Notes: generated by a model not told the origin, from the sequence alone. A DNA stretch of 64,000 nt from Bacteroidota bacterium (GCA_041695045.1 JBGFRR010000074.1:42776-106775); one strand, 5' to 3'; counted from the stretch's first letter, positions 38,957 through 48,867 are shown. Numbers and translations: made by a program.

Positions 38957-39988
38957 CTATTTGCTTCCCCCTCCCTTCCTTTGCAACATCTGCTCAACGG
39001 CTCGAAGTTCTTCATACCGTTTTTGCGCCTCTTTCTGTAGATGTACAGGAATGCGTTCGAGCTGGAGTCGTTTCGCTTCCTCGACGTAATTCATCGCTTC
39101 AGCCCGGTTCCCCAACGCATGGTGAATAACGGCTAATCGGCTTCGGACATCGAGTTCGTTGAATTCAGAACTCATCCCGCTTTTCTCTATCTCTTCTTGG
39201 AGACGTAAGAAAATCGTCACGGCCTCATTGAGGCGCTTCATCTTCAGAAGTGCCGTCCCAAGCCCTACCAGAGTTACGCGACTGTTTGGAGCGAGAGCGA
39301 GCAGCCTCTGAGCAACTGCCTCTGCTTTAGTATACCGTTCTGCGTCGATGAAAATCCAGAGCAGACTCAAGAGCGCCGCATAGCGCTGATGGTTTCCTCG
39401 CTCGGCAGCAATTTCCAGCAGACGAATTCCTTCCTCGCGCTCATCCTTCACAAACGGCAGCCATTGGAGAAAGTCGGTCTTCCGACTTTTCCAATACCGG
39501 TACGTGCCGATGCCGACGTACGCGTCGTAGAGTGTTGAATCCCTCTCCAGCGCTTCTTCCAGAGCGCTGACGGACGACCGCGAGCGCAAAAAAGCGGTCC
39601 ACCACTCACCCCGCTCTGCTCTGTCGTGCGCGTCCAATCCATAGACTGTCCCAACGTAGTAGTTTCCTTCCGGACTTTTCTCATTCAACGTTTGTAACGC
39701 TTCTGCTCGCTGCATGGCAACCGTAACGAGCGAGTCGATAACGAAACGTTGAGGTAGTCGCCTCTCATCTTTTGCACGCGCTTGCAGAACGTTGAGAAAG
39801 AACACCGGGCCTGCAGGATGATCCGGATAGCGGGATGAGAGGTCGGCAAAAAATTCAAAGGCGCGGTCGTATTTTTGATTCAGCGTCAGATGCAATCCCA
39901 ACGAGATGAGTGAGTCGAAATCCGCGCGAGCGGCACGAGCATCATCCTGCATGCCTGCCTGTGAGACCCAACAACTTACGGAAAGCAT
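38957..39988 (-). CDS. TPR-repeat protein with signal peptide
   Basis: Multiple TPR-like helical repeats. Start placed at MLSVSCWVSQAG to avoid overlap with upp. Confidence 0.6.
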   Translation of the reverse strand: MLSVSCWVSQAGMQDDARAARADFDSLISLGLHLTLNQKYDRAFEFFADLSSRYPDHPAGPVFFLNVLQARAKDERRLPQRFVIDSLVTVAMQRAEALQTLNEKSPEGNYYVGTVYGLDAHDRAERGEWWTAFLRSRSSVSALEEALERDSTLYDAYVGIGTYRYWKSRKTDFLQWLPFVKDEREEGIRLLEIAAERGNHQRYAALLSLLWIFIDAERYTKAEAVAQRLLALAPNSRVTLVGLGTALLKMKRLNEAVTIFLRLQEEIEKSGMSSEFNELDVRSRLAVIHHALGNRAEAMNYVEEAKRLQLERIPVHLQKEAQKRYEELRAVEQMLQRKGGGSK

Positions 39989-40007
39989 GATGAGAACGCG
40001 CACGGTG

Positions 40008-40634
40008 TTACTCCGTCCCAAAGATTCGGTCTCCCGCATCGCCAAGTCCGGGAAGAATGTAGCCACGACTGTTGAGTTCGCGATCGAGCGCGCAGGCGCA
40101 CATCGTCACATCCGGATGAGCTTTTGAGATGGTGCGCACTCCCTCCGGTGCCGCTACCAGACTGACGAGCCGTATCATTGTTGCGCCCTTGTCCTTCAAA
40201 TAGCTGATGGCGGCAGAAGCACTTCCTCCTGTCGCAAGCATCGGATCGAGCACCAGCACAAGCGCTTTTCCTAAGTGGCGCGGAACCTTGAAGTAATAAT
40301 CCACCGGCTTCAGCGTCTCTTCATCGCGATACAATCCGATGTGTCCCACACGCGCGTCGGGAATCACCTCCACAAAGCCGCCGACAAGTCCAAGACCCGC
40401 ACGCAGAATCGGCACAAGGATGACGGGCTGCGTCAAGATAGCCCCGTGCGCTTTCTCCAGCGGAGTCATGACGCGGACCGGTTTTGTCGGAAGGTCGCGC
40501 GTCACTTCATATGCCATCAGACTCGACGTGCGGCGAAGAATTGCGCGGAAGAGGTTGCTCGGCGTGCGCTTGTCGCGCAGCAACGTGAGGTCGCGCTTCA
40601 CCAGCGGATGGTCTATGATGGTGAGGTTTTTCAT
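40008..40634 (-). CDS. upp: Uracil phosphoribosyltransferase
   Basis: 208 aa with the LVLDPMLATGGSA PRPP-binding motif. Confidence 0.95.
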   Translation of the reverse strand: MKNLTIIDHPLVKRDLTLLRDKRTPSNLFRAILRRTSSLMAYEVTRDLPTKPVRVMTPLEKAHGAILTQPVILVPILRAGLGLVGGFVEVIPDARVGHIGLYRDEETLKPVDYYFKVPRHLGKALVLVLDPMLATGGSASAAISYLKDKGATMIRLVSLVAAPEGVRTISKAHPDVTMCACALDRELNSRGYILPGLGDAGDRIFGTE

Positions 40635-40637
40635 CGG

Positions 40638-41993
40638 TTAGACTTTCTTCTTGAGTTGATTGGTAACGACAAGGATGGGATCCCACAGCGGCGAAAACGG
40701 CGGCGCGTACAAGAGGTCGAGGTCGGAAATTTCTTGCGCGTTCATCTTCCGCTGGATGGCAACGCCGAGTGTGTTTGCCCTCAGCGCTGCGCCTTGCTTA
40801 CCGTAGATGTTGGCTCCTAACAGCCTTCCGCTTTTCTTATCGGCAATTGCAGCGATGTGCAGCTCAGCGCTTCCCGGGTAGAACGGTATCTTCGAATGGT
40901 CGGTGATGTGTTCGGTAACGACCGTGAACCCCGAGCGCTCTGCTTCCTCGCTGCTGATGCCGACCTGTGCGACTTCAAGGTCGAACACCTTTACTGCAAT
41001 TGCACGGATGGCCCCTTTGAATGCTGCCTTCCCTCCCGCCGCGTTTTCTCCTGCAACCCATCCCTGTCTGCTGGCGATCGTTGCGAGCGGTATGTGCATC
41101 CACTTGTTGTTGACGAGGTTCTTCACTTCACAACAATCCCCCGCCGCGAAGATCGTGTCGATGTTTGTCGCTTGCCGCTGGTCTGTGAGAATGCCGCCGT
41201 TGGGCCCTCGATGGATGCGCGCGGTCTTCGCAAGCTCTACATTCGGTTCAACACCGAGCGAAAGAATCACCAGGTCGGTATCGTATCGCCCCGTTGTTGC
41301 GTGCACGCGACGGACAGCGTTCGTCGAATCCGTTTCAAGCCGAAGAACCTCGCTACGCGCCACAAACGTAACATTGTTCTTTTTCAACTCGGCGAGCACT
41401 GCCGTTCGCGTCTCAAGTTCCAAACCGGACATCGGTAAGTCGGCTCTGTGCAGCAATGCCGTTTGGATGCCGTTGGCGACCAGCGCTTCCGCCATCTCCA
41501 TCCCGATGTATCCGCCACCGATGATAACGGCCTTGCGTGGCTGCTCTTCCGCGATCATGCGTTTGATTGCAAACCCGTCTTCGATTGTCTTCACGTTATA
41601 GACATTCCGAGCATTTTCACCGGGAACGCCCAATCGACGCGCAGACGACCCCGTGGCAACAATCAGTTTGCTATACAGAAGTTCTTCAACGGTATTCTTC
41701 GCGAGGTCGCGGATGACGAGTCGTTTCTTGGAGGGGATAATTTCTTCAGCGCGGCAGAACGTTCGGACTTCCACGCCTTTACGCTGTTTCAGTCGTGATG
41801 GTGAAAATGGGACGAGCTTTTGCTTGTCGGTAACGGTGCCGGCAATGTAGTAGGGAACTTCGCAGATGCCGTAGGAGATGAATTCGCCTTGTTCGAGGAG
41901 CAGCACCTCGGCATTGGGGTTGACGCGTTTCGCCTTGCTCGCGGCGCTTGGCCCTGCGGCCACTCCGCCGACAACAAGAATGCGCTGTTTCAT
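40638..41993 (-). CDS. FAD-dependent pyridine nucleotide-disulfide oxidoreductase (CoA-disulfide reductase / NADH oxidase family)
   Basis: ILVVGGVAAGPSAASKAKR FAD site, single redox Cys (SYGICEVPYYI), NAD site IIGGGYIGMEMAE, and a C-terminal dimerisation domain. Confidence 0.85.
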   Translation of the reverse strand: MKQRILVVGGVAAGPSAASKAKRVNPNAEVLLLEQGEFISYGICEVPYYIAGTVTDKQKLVPFSPSRLKQRKGVEVRTFCRAEEIIPSKKRLVIRDLAKNTVEELLYSKLIVATGSSARRLGVPGENARNVYNVKTIEDGFAIKRMIAEEQPRKAVIIGGGYIGMEMAEALVANGIQTALLHRADLPMSGLELETRTAVLAELKKNNVTFVARSEVLRLETDSTNAVRRVHATTGRYDTDLVILSLGVEPNVELAKTARIHRGPNGGILTDQRQATNIDTIFAAGDCCEVKNLVNNKWMHIPLATIASRQGWVAGENAAGGKAAFKGAIRAIAVKVFDLEVAQVGISSEEAERSGFTVVTEHITDHSKIPFYPGSAELHIAAIADKKSGRLLGANIYGKQGAALRANTLGVAIQRKMNAQEISDLDLLYAPPFSPLWDPILVVTNQLKKKV

Positions 41994-43300
41994 TTTTGTT
42001 TGAAGACGAGTGTGAGCGGAACGCCTTCGAAGCCGAAGTGCTCGCGCAGTTTATGTTCAAGGAAGCGTTTGTAGGATTCTTGCACGAACTTAGGATGGTT
42101 GCAGAAGAACGCAAACATCGGTGGGCGGGTTTTCAGTTGCGTGGCGTATTTGATCTTGATTTCCTTCGGCCCCGAGTACGATGGCGGATACTGCTCGATT
42201 TCAGGAAGGATGGCATCGTTCAGTTCGCTCGTTTCAATGCGCTTGCACTGCTCGGCGTGAATCGTCTTGGCCAGTTCGACCACTTTCACAATGCGTTGTT
42301 TGGTCAGTGCGGAAATGAAGATGACCGGAAGATAGTCGTGCATGCCTAACCGTCGACGGATGAGGAGCTCGAATTGACGTGCAGTGTTCGTCTCTTTTTT
42401 AACTACATCCCATTTGTTGACAGCAAGCAGTGTTGCTCGTTTGCGACTGATTGCTTCTTCGACGATGTGCAGGTCTTGCTTATCGATTCCCCGTTCAGCA
42501 TCCAACAGAACCACCGCCACATCCGACCGTTCGATGCTTTTGAGCGTTCGAAGGGCACTGTAGAACTCCAAGCTCTCCACCATGTGCTTGCGCTTCTTGA
42601 GGCCGGCAGTGTCGACCAGAATGATTTCTTCACCGTGATAGCGGAGAATCGAGTCCACCGGATCGCGTGTCGTGCCCGGGACATCGGTTACCACCTGTCG
42701 CTTGGTACCGAGCAATGCGTTCACAAGCAAAGACTTTCCTACGTTCGGCTTGCCGATGATGGCCAATCGAAGTCTCGGTTCATCATCTCTCTCACTGCCG
42801 TTACTGCGAAAGTTTGCGGTGAGAACATCGAGAAAGTCGCCGATGAGTCTTCCGCCAAGAGCAGCAATGGGAATCGGCTCGCCGAGTCCGAGCGCGAAGA
42901 ATTCCGCCGCAAGCATCTCGTGGATTGCCGAATCCACCTTGTTGACAACGAGATGAACCTTTTTCTCTTTCTGGCGGACGATGTTGGCAATCTCCTTATC
43001 GAGTTCCAACACACCGTCGTTTGCATCAACCATAAACAGAACAACGTCGGCTTCCTGTATTGCAATCTCAGCCTGTTCTCGGATCGCGCGGTCAAACACG
43101 TTCGGCGAATCCGGTACAAATCCCCCCGTATCAATAATAGTGAACCGTTTGCCGGCCCACTCGACTTCGGCGTACTTCCGGTCACGAGTAACACCGGGGA
43201 GATTGTGGACGATAGCCTCCCGCGATCCGATCAGTCGGTTGAAGAGCGTTGATTTCCCAACGTTTGAGCGGCCGACGATGGCGACAATGTTTGAGGACAT
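41990..43300 (-). CDS. der: Ribosome-associated GTPase EngA/Der
   Basis: Two tandem GTPase domains (GRSNVGKSTLFNRL and GKPNVGKSLLVNAL) plus a KH-like C-terminus. ATG at 43300. Confidence 0.95.
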   Translation of the reverse strand: MSSNIVAIVGRSNVGKSTLFNRLIGSREAIVHNLPGVTRDRKYAEVEWAGKRFTIIDTGGFVPDSPNVFDRAIREQAEIAIQEADVVLFMVDANDGVLELDKEIANIVRQKEKKVHLVVNKVDSAIHEMLAAEFFALGLGEPIPIAALGGRLIGDFLDVLTANFRSNGSERDDEPRLRLAIIGKPNVGKSLLVNALLGTKRQVVTDVPGTTRDPVDSILRYHGEEIILVDTAGLKKRKHMVESLEFYSALRTLKSIERSDVAVVLLDAERGIDKQDLHIVEEAISRKRATLLAVNKWDVVKKETNTARQFELLIRRRLGMHDYLPVIFISALTKQRIVKVVELAKTIHAEQCKRIETSELNDAILPEIEQYPPSYSGPKEIKIKYATQLKTRPPMFAFFCNHPKFVQESYKRFLEHKLREHFGFEGVPLTLVFKQK

Positions 43301-43391
43301 AACAACCCAACTTCCTTGCGGGGCAAAGTAGACAAAAATGGATAGAGTTTCAATTTGGGCGATTAAATCATCCCTCCTACGATAAAACACC

Positions 43392-43419
43392 AAAGCCGCT
43401 CCGTTTGTGGAGCGGCTTT
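43392..43419 (-). terminator. Rho-independent terminator following tRNA-Pro
   Basis: Perfect hairpin aaagccgctcc-gtttgt-ggagcggcttt, with a T-rich tract on the minus strand after it. Confidence 0.7.
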
Positions 43420-43425
43420 CTCGTG

Positions 43426-43500
43426 TCGGGGCGGCGAGATTCGAACTCGCGGCCTCCTGGTCCCGAACCAGGCGCTCTAGCCGGGCTGAGCCACGCCCCG
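43426..43500 (-). tRNA. tRNA-Pro (anticodon CGG), CCA not encoded
   Basis: Reverse complement CGGGGCGTGGCTCAGCCCGGCTAGAGCGCCTGGTTCGGGACCAGGAGGCCGCGAGTTCGAATCTCGCCGCCCCGA forms a cloverleaf. Anticodon loop TTCGGGA, T-loop TTCGAAT. Confidence 0.9.
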
Positions 43501-43529
43501 TGTGAAGGAAAATGGATGAACGGAATCCT

Positions 43530-43830
43530 GAATCGCCGAATTTCCAGAAAAAAACTTAACGTGGGCACGCCTGCCTGCCGGCAGGCAGGCGGCAGGCAGG
43601 CGTGGGCAAAAATCTTTGTTCCGCTTTCCCCGTCACAATTACTTATACAATGAGACGGGATCTCCCGCTTTTTGGGATTCCGCAGAAAGCGGGATTCTGG
43701 AAAGCGAAACCGTACGGCGGGACTCAGTTCCGCTTTTCCAGAATGCCGCTTGTTAGCGGAATGCAGAGAGCGGCAAATCCCGCTTGAAAAGTGGAATCCC
43801 AAGAGCGGGACTTTTTGTACACAGATTGAA
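43530..43830. repeat. Hairpin-rich intergenic repeat region upstream of tRNA-Pro (family shared with 14020-14300)
   Basis: Extended palindrome cacgcctgcctgcc-ggcaggcaggcg-gcaggcaggcgtg (43566-43604) containing CCTGCCTGCCGGCAGGCAGG. Multiple inverted repeats of tcccgcttt/aaagcggga and cgctttccagaat (plus strand at 43731, reverse complement at 43692). Motifs are shared with the region downstream of cspA. Confidence 0.6.
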
Positions 43831-43910
43831 CTCATAAGACACGAAGTGTCCTTCTTCGTGGCTAAATACAGAGTCAATATAGCGAATCTCACCGCGAAAT
43901 GCAATGAACT

Positions 43911-44843
43911 TTACCCCCGATGAAATTGCTCGGCGACTTCCTCTGCTATTCTCTCAAAGTCGACGCCTCTCTCTGCAGCAATCCACCGAATCCGCTGGTC
44001 GGCGCGAAACCACGTCAACTGCCGCTTGACGAAATTACGCGTATGCTGCTTGATCTGACGAACTGCTTCATCGAGTGGAATGTGTCCCTGCAGATGAGCA
44101 ATGAGCTCCTTGTAGCCGACGGTGTTCAGCGCATTGACACGCTCGTCATAACCACGAGCGAGCAGAGACTTGACTTCATCGAGTAGTCCATCCCGCATCA
44201 TACGGTTGACACGCTCATCGATTCGCGCATACAACTCACGGCGCGGCCATTCAAGAGCGAATTGCACGAACTCAAACGGCGGCAGTGTGCGATGTCCTGC
44301 ATGAAATTCCGATAACGGCTTGCCCGTTGCATAGTATACTTCTAACGCACGAATAATCGGACGGGGCTTTTGAGGAATCATTTTTTCCGCCGTCGGGGGA
44401 TCGACCTTCCGTAGCTCTTCAAGAAGAGCGACGGCTCCCAAACTTCGAAGCTTTTCCTCCAGTTGCCTCCTCAGTTCATGATCCTTTCCAGGTCCTTCAA
44501 AAAGTCCATCTAACACAGCTCGAATGTACAGGCCCGATCCCCCAACAAGAATCGGCGTCTTTCTCCGACGAAGTATATCCATCATCACGGTGCGTGCCTC
44601 GGCGCCATACCGACCGGCTGAGTATTCTTCCGACGGGTCGAGAATATCAATAAAATGATGCTGCACGGCCGCACGTTCCGTCGGGGTCGGCTTTGCCGTT
44701 CCGATATCGAGATAGCAGAAACACTGTCGCGAGTCCGCAGAAACAATTTCTCCATCCAATCGTTGAGCGAGGAGTAGAGCGAGAGGAGTTTTTCCGGATG
44801 CGGTGGGACCAACAACAGCGAGAACGCGACCTGCTTTCATCAT
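43911..44843 (-). CDS. miaA: tRNA dimethylallyltransferase
   Basis: VLAVVGPTASGKT P-loop at the N-terminus and the MiaA family pattern. Confidence 0.93.
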   Translation of the reverse strand: MMKAGRVLAVVGPTASGKTPLALLLAQRLDGEIVSADSRQCFCYLDIGTAKPTPTERAAVQHHFIDILDPSEEYSAGRYGAEARTVMMDILRRRKTPILVGGSGLYIRAVLDGLFEGPGKDHELRRQLEEKLRSLGAVALLEELRKVDPPTAEKMIPQKPRPIIRALEVYYATGKPLSEFHAGHRTLPPFEFVQFALEWPRRELYARIDERVNRMMRDGLLDEVKSLLARGYDERVNALNTVGYKELIAHLQGHIPLDEAVRQIKQHTRNFVKRQLTWFRADQRIRWIAAERGVDFERIAEEVAEQFHRG

Positions 44844-44872
44844 TTCGGAAGGACGAAGGATTGCGCCGGACT

Positions 44873-45526
44873 TCATGAACCGATGGTTGTCCCTTCCCAT
44901 CCTTTTTTTCCGATGAGCGGGACGAACTTGAACCCTCGAATCTCTTTCACCTCGACCTCCCCATTGAGCTTGGTGACGACGCAGAGGTTTTGATTTTCGA
45001 GATTGCCGACCGGAACGACTAAACGCCCTCCTTCGGCGAGCTGACCGACGAGCGGCTGAGGAATTTCTGGCGCGCCGGCTGTAACGATAATGCCGACGTA
45101 CGGAGCAAACTCCGACCAGCCGACAGTGCCGTCGCCGCCACGCGAGAGAATCCGATAGTCAAGACGCTCAAAGATTCTCCGCGCGGCAAACAGCAGCTCG
45201 AGATGTCGCTCGATAGTGTGCACGCGACACCCCATCTCCGCAAGAACCGCGGCCTGATACCCTGAGCCGGTGCCGACCTCGAGGATTTTCGCTCCGGGCT
45301 GCGGAGCGAGTTCTTGCGTCATGAATGCCACCGTGTAGGGTTGTGAGATGGTTTGATTTTTTCCGATGGGGAGAGCGGTGTCTTCGTACGAGCGGCTGGT
45401 GAACGGCTCAGCGACAAACAGATGACGCTCGACAGCCATCATCGCCTGGAGCACACGCTCATCGGTGATTCCACGCGAGCGGAGCAGAGCCACCATTTCT
45501 TTACGCTCTTCGTCGAACCTCCCCAT
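44873..45526 (-). CDS. pcm: Protein-L-isoaspartate O-methyltransferase
   Basis: About 217 aa starting MGRFDEE. The SAM motif ILEVGTGSGYQAAVLAEMG is present. The long upstream extension in the track ORF lacks similarity and overlaps the GT2 gene. Confidence 0.88.
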   Translation of the reverse strand: MGRFDEERKEMVALLRSRGITDERVLQAMMAVERHLFVAEPFTSRSYEDTALPIGKNQTISQPYTVAFMTQELAPQPGAKILEVGTGSGYQAAVLAEMGCRVHTIERHLELLFAARRIFERLDYRILSRGGDGTVGWSEFAPYVGIIVTAGAPEIPQPLVGQLAEGGRLVVPVGNLENQNLCVVTKLNGEVEVKEIRGFKFVPLIGKKGWEGTTIGS

Positions 45527-46194
45527 CAATACTCCTTGAGGAGAACGGTGAGAAATCGCTTGGTCGTTATCCAGTACGTCATATAACTCCGTTCTGAGCC
45601 GTACACTGTTTGAATCGGAACAAACCGCATCTGGTAACCCTTGTTCGCCGCTTTGATCAGGAACTCCGTCTCCGCTTCGTAGCCGGGAGCTTCGATCTTC
45701 ACCTCCTCGATCACCCGTCGCGCAATCAACCGATACCCGCATTGACTGTCTTTCACCGTGATTCCGGTCCGAGCGCTGACGAGCGCAGAAGTGATGGTAT
45801 TCGAAAGCCGCCGCGCAATTGGCATCGACGTTCCTTTGCGCGTCCGGTATCCGATGACGATGTCCGGCGAAAGCAACCGATACACGTTCATGAAACTTGG
45901 AAGGTCTTCCGGCCGGTGCTGCAAATCTGCGTCCATGGTTACGACGGCATCCCACGGCAAGTTCTGCAACACGTAGTCAAAACCCGTCTGCAACGCGCGC
46001 CCTTTACCGCAATTGACCGTGTGCCGAACCACCTCGGCTCCCAACCGACTCGCGGTTTCACTTGTCGCGTCCGACGAACCATCATCAACAACCACAATAT
46101 CCTGAGCATGAACAATCTTTCCTACTTGCGCCAGCAACGCAGGAAGCGTTGCCTCAGCGTTGTAAGCAGGAATTAAAACTCCGATGCGATCCAT
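45526..46194 (-). CDS. Glycosyltransferase family 2 (polyprenyl-phosphate sugar synthase-like)
   Basis: GT-A fold with IPAYNAE...VVVDDGSSD and a DAD motif (VVTMDADLQHRPED). Confidence 0.85.
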   Translation of the reverse strand: MDRIGVLIPAYNAEATLPALLAQVGKIVHAQDIVVVDDGSSDATSETASRLGAEVVRHTVNCGKGRALQTGFDYVLQNLPWDAVVTMDADLQHRPEDLPSFMNVYRLLSPDIVIGYRTRKGTSMPIARRLSNTITSALVSARTGITVKDSQCGYRLIARRVIEEVKIEAPGYEAETEFLIKAANKGYQMRFVPIQTVYGSERSYMTYWITTKRFLTVLLKEY

Positions 46195-46197
46195 CTG

Positions 46198-47049
46198 CTA
46201 TGCCGACCTCAATGCGTCCGCGACCCGGGAGACGCGCGTCATCGCTTGAACATCGTGCACACGGACAATGTGCGCTCCTCGAAGGACGCACGCGGCAACG
46301 GCAGCGGCGGTTCCCTCAAGTCGCTCCTCGACGGGAAGGTTGAGGATTGTGCCGATGAATGATTTCCGCGACGGACCGACGAGCACGGGAAAGCTAAGCT
46401 CGTTGAAGGCATGCAGTTCGCGCATGAGTGTAAGATTGTGTTCGAGCGTCTTGCCGAATCCGAGCCCCGGATCGATGATGATCTGTTCTATCCCAACTCG
46501 TTGAGCTCGCTCTGTTTGCTGACGGAGAAACGATTTGACCTCCAGCACAACATCGCCATAGTGCGGGTTTGCTTGCATGGTCTTCGGCGTTCCCTTCATG
46601 TGCATGAGGACAACCGATGCACGGCGCCGGGCAACCACCTCCGCCATCCGCGCGTCCATCGTCATTGCGCTGATGTCATTCACGATCACGGCACCGGCAT
46701 CCAGCGCTGCTTCGGCAACTTCCGATTTGTAGGTGTCGATGGAAAGCGGCGCGTCCGTTCTCTTTGCAAGTTCGCGAATCACGGGCAGAACTCGCCGAAG
46801 CTCCTCCTCGGCCGGCACGGGATCGGAGCCGGGGCGCGTGGACTCGCCGCCGATGTCGATGAAGTCCGCTCCTTCCTCAAGCATGGTCAGCGCGTGCGCA
46901 ACGGCCCGGTCGGGATTAACGTGCAGGCCTCCGTCCGAAAAGGAATCCGGCGTCACGTTGAGGACCCCCATGATGTGCGTTCGAGACGAGAGGTCGTACG
47001 ACCGCGCGCCGAACGCAAAACGAAACCGTTGTTGAACTTCAGTCTGCAC
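46198..47049 (-). CDS. folP: Dihydropteroate synthase
   Basis: MGVLNVTPDSFSDGG and DIGGESTRPG pterin-binding motifs. Confidence 0.95.
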   Translation of the reverse strand: MQTEVQQRFRFAFGARSYDLSSRTHIMGVLNVTPDSFSDGGLHVNPDRAVAHALTMLEEGADFIDIGGESTRPGSDPVPAEEELRRVLPVIRELAKRTDAPLSIDTYKSEVAEAALDAGAVIVNDISAMTMDARMAEVVARRRASVVLMHMKGTPKTMQANPHYGDVVLEVKSFLRQQTERAQRVGIEQIIIDPGLGFGKTLEHNLTLMRELHAFNELSFPVLVGPSRKSFIGTILNLPVEERLEGTAAAVAACVLRGAHIVRVHDVQAMTRVSRVADALRSA

Positions 47050-47153
47050 GATGGTTGAAACTGCTCTGGACGAATTGAAGGCGCGGGAATGGATTCAATG
47101 CTGCGATACCGACTGATTGAAAGATACGAAGAAACGAGAGAAGAAAGAAGAGA

Positions 47154-47312
47154 TCACGGCTCGCTGCACGAATGGTAGAATCCGCATTTCGGGCAGATAA
47201 GCTTACAGCGCCGCCCTTCGAGCAGTGTGCCGCAGTTGACGCAGTACTGCCAGTAATGGAAGTCTGTAGCGGCGGATGTCGGCTCTGGAGAGAGTCGCTC
47301 TTCGGATTTCAT
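47154..47312 (-). CDS. Small zinc-ribbon protein (52 aa, CxxC...CxxC)
   Basis: Manual translation gives MKSEERLSPEPTSAATDFHYWQYCVNCGTLLEGRRCKLICPKCGFYHSCSEP. The two CxxC pairs are spaced as in a zinc ribbon. The gene sits in the gap between the M28 peptidase gene and folP. It is absent from the track, which lists only ORFs of 60 aa or more. Confidence 0.4.
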   Translation of the reverse strand: MKSEERLSPEPTSAATDFHYWQYCVNCGTLLEGRRCKLICPKCGFYHSCSEP

Positions 47313-47357
47313 GGCATAAAGATACCGATTGCAGGCAGCGATGTCAAGAAGCGATGC

Positions 47358-48827
47358 CTACCACGCAAGGCGGAGCAATGCAACACCCACCGCTTTCACT
47401 GCCCACACCATGTTGGATGGTTCCTTGTCGGTCGTGAACTCGGGAACGTCGAGCGAAGAATGGTAGTATGCGGAGTAATCGACGACAACGGAATCCGGAT
47501 GACCCTTCCAGGCGCGAGAGCTCCAGCCCGGTGTCTGAGGAAGCGTGCGCACTTCATTCCACGCCGCGGTGTAGATTGTTACAGAGGGAATTTCCACGGC
47601 GGGGAGCTTGAGGCGTTTCAGATAGTCGGGGAGAAAGACGTACGAATCCGTCCCGCCCTGTGACGGTGTTGTCGTTGCTTCATCCCAGTAACCCTTCATG
47701 CCTGCGTACTCCTCACCGATGGCATTGAGGGTTCGAAGAAGTTTTTCATTGTGCGGGATGTCGTTCGATTCAAAGTAGATGCAATTGCGCGTGACGCCCG
47801 CGCCGATCTGGTCATAGTTCATAACGCCTAAAATCTTGTCGAGCCGGCCAGCATGGCGCATCACATACTGCTCCGCCGATGCGTACTCATCCGCCCACAC
47901 GATGAACGCGATGCTGTGCTTCGGACGGGGCAATTCTTTCGCCGTGATCATCCCTTGCAGCACACGGCCAAGCTCAACGAGACCGGCAACACCCGATGCA
48001 TTATCGTCAGCTCCGGGACCTCCCGAATCCGAATCTCCATGTGCACAGACGATGTAATAGCTATCGCGTTCTCCGGGGATGGTTGCAATGACTGTCTGAG
48101 GCACGCCGGGGGAAATTGTCGTCTGAGCCGAAAACCGCATCGTCACCGACTCGCCTTCTGTCAAAAGACGGTGAAGCGTGCTGCCGTTGTTGTAGGAAAG
48201 GAGAAACACGGGAATGGAGTTTTCATTCGACCTACGGAGATTCGTGATGAACGCCCAGTCGGGGTACATCCCCTCCCGCGCGGGATAGTAACTCAAGACG
48301 CACACAGCCCCCAACCGGACGAATTCCTGATAGAGTCGATCTGTTACCGCCCGTTTCGTCAGTAGAATCTTCCCCTGTGCACGTTCCCTCGTGATGCCCC
48401 CCTCTACGTCTGCGTCCATCACCTGTGCGCTGCTGGGTGTGACGCTCGGGGAAAATCCCGCGAGCCATTCGTTCTGAATCAATCCGGACATTCCTCGCGG
48501 CGCCTCCACAACGAGTTCCCATTGCTGATGGACAAAACCCAACCGCTCGCGGTCTTCTTCCACTGTTACCTGTAATCCATGCTGCTTGAATTGCTCGACA
48601 AGATACTCTGCGCTGCGTTGACCGTGTTGTGTTCCACCCATACGGTGCCCAAACGGCATCAGCTCCCATACTGTCGCACGTAGTTGGGCTTCGGAAACGT
48701 TCGCGGCAAACCGCTTCTCCAGTTCCGATTGTGCAAGCACGTGATGCACGAATGCAGCACAAAGCGTGATAACAAGCAGGAGATACCGTGAAGTCATGGT
48801 GAGTGTATTGACGGTGGGGATGATCAT
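47358..48827 (-). CDS. M28-family zinc aminopeptidase with signal peptide (PA-domain containing)
   Basis: 489 aa. Signal peptide. M28 metal ligands (HGDSDSGGPGADDNASG; ...DE...). Confidence 0.8.
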   Translation of the reverse strand: MIIPTVNTLTMTSRYLLLVITLCAAFVHHVLAQSELEKRFAANVSEAQLRATVWELMPFGHRMGGTQHGQRSAEYLVEQFKQHGLQVTVEEDRERLGFVHQQWELVVEAPRGMSGLIQNEWLAGFSPSVTPSSAQVMDADVEGGITRERAQGKILLTKRAVTDRLYQEFVRLGAVCVLSYYPAREGMYPDWAFITNLRRSNENSIPVFLLSYNNGSTLHRLLTEGESVTMRFSAQTTISPGVPQTVIATIPGERDSYYIVCAHGDSDSGGPGADDNASGVAGLVELGRVLQGMITAKELPRPKHSIAFIVWADEYASAEQYVMRHAGRLDKILGVMNYDQIGAGVTRNCIYFESNDIPHNEKLLRTLNAIGEEYAGMKGYWDEATTTPSQGGTDSYVFLPDYLKRLKLPAVEIPSVTIYTAAWNEVRTLPQTPGWSSRAWKGHPDSVVVDYSAYYHSSLDVPEFTTDKEPSNMVWAVKAVGVALLRLAW

Positions 48828-48867
48828 GTGGCTCGAATCATAAGGGGAAGTTTGACGATTGGCAAGA

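Noticed and set aside
43530-43830. Possible CRISPR array
   Set aside because: Repeats are inverted or palindromic, irregularly spaced and non-identical. There are no cas genes and no spacer-like unique units.
47172-47663. Plus-strand 163-aa ORF between folP and the M28 peptidase gene
   Set aside because: It overlaps the 3' end of the M28 peptidase gene antisense. The only convincing coding signal there is the short minus-strand zinc-ribbon ORF.
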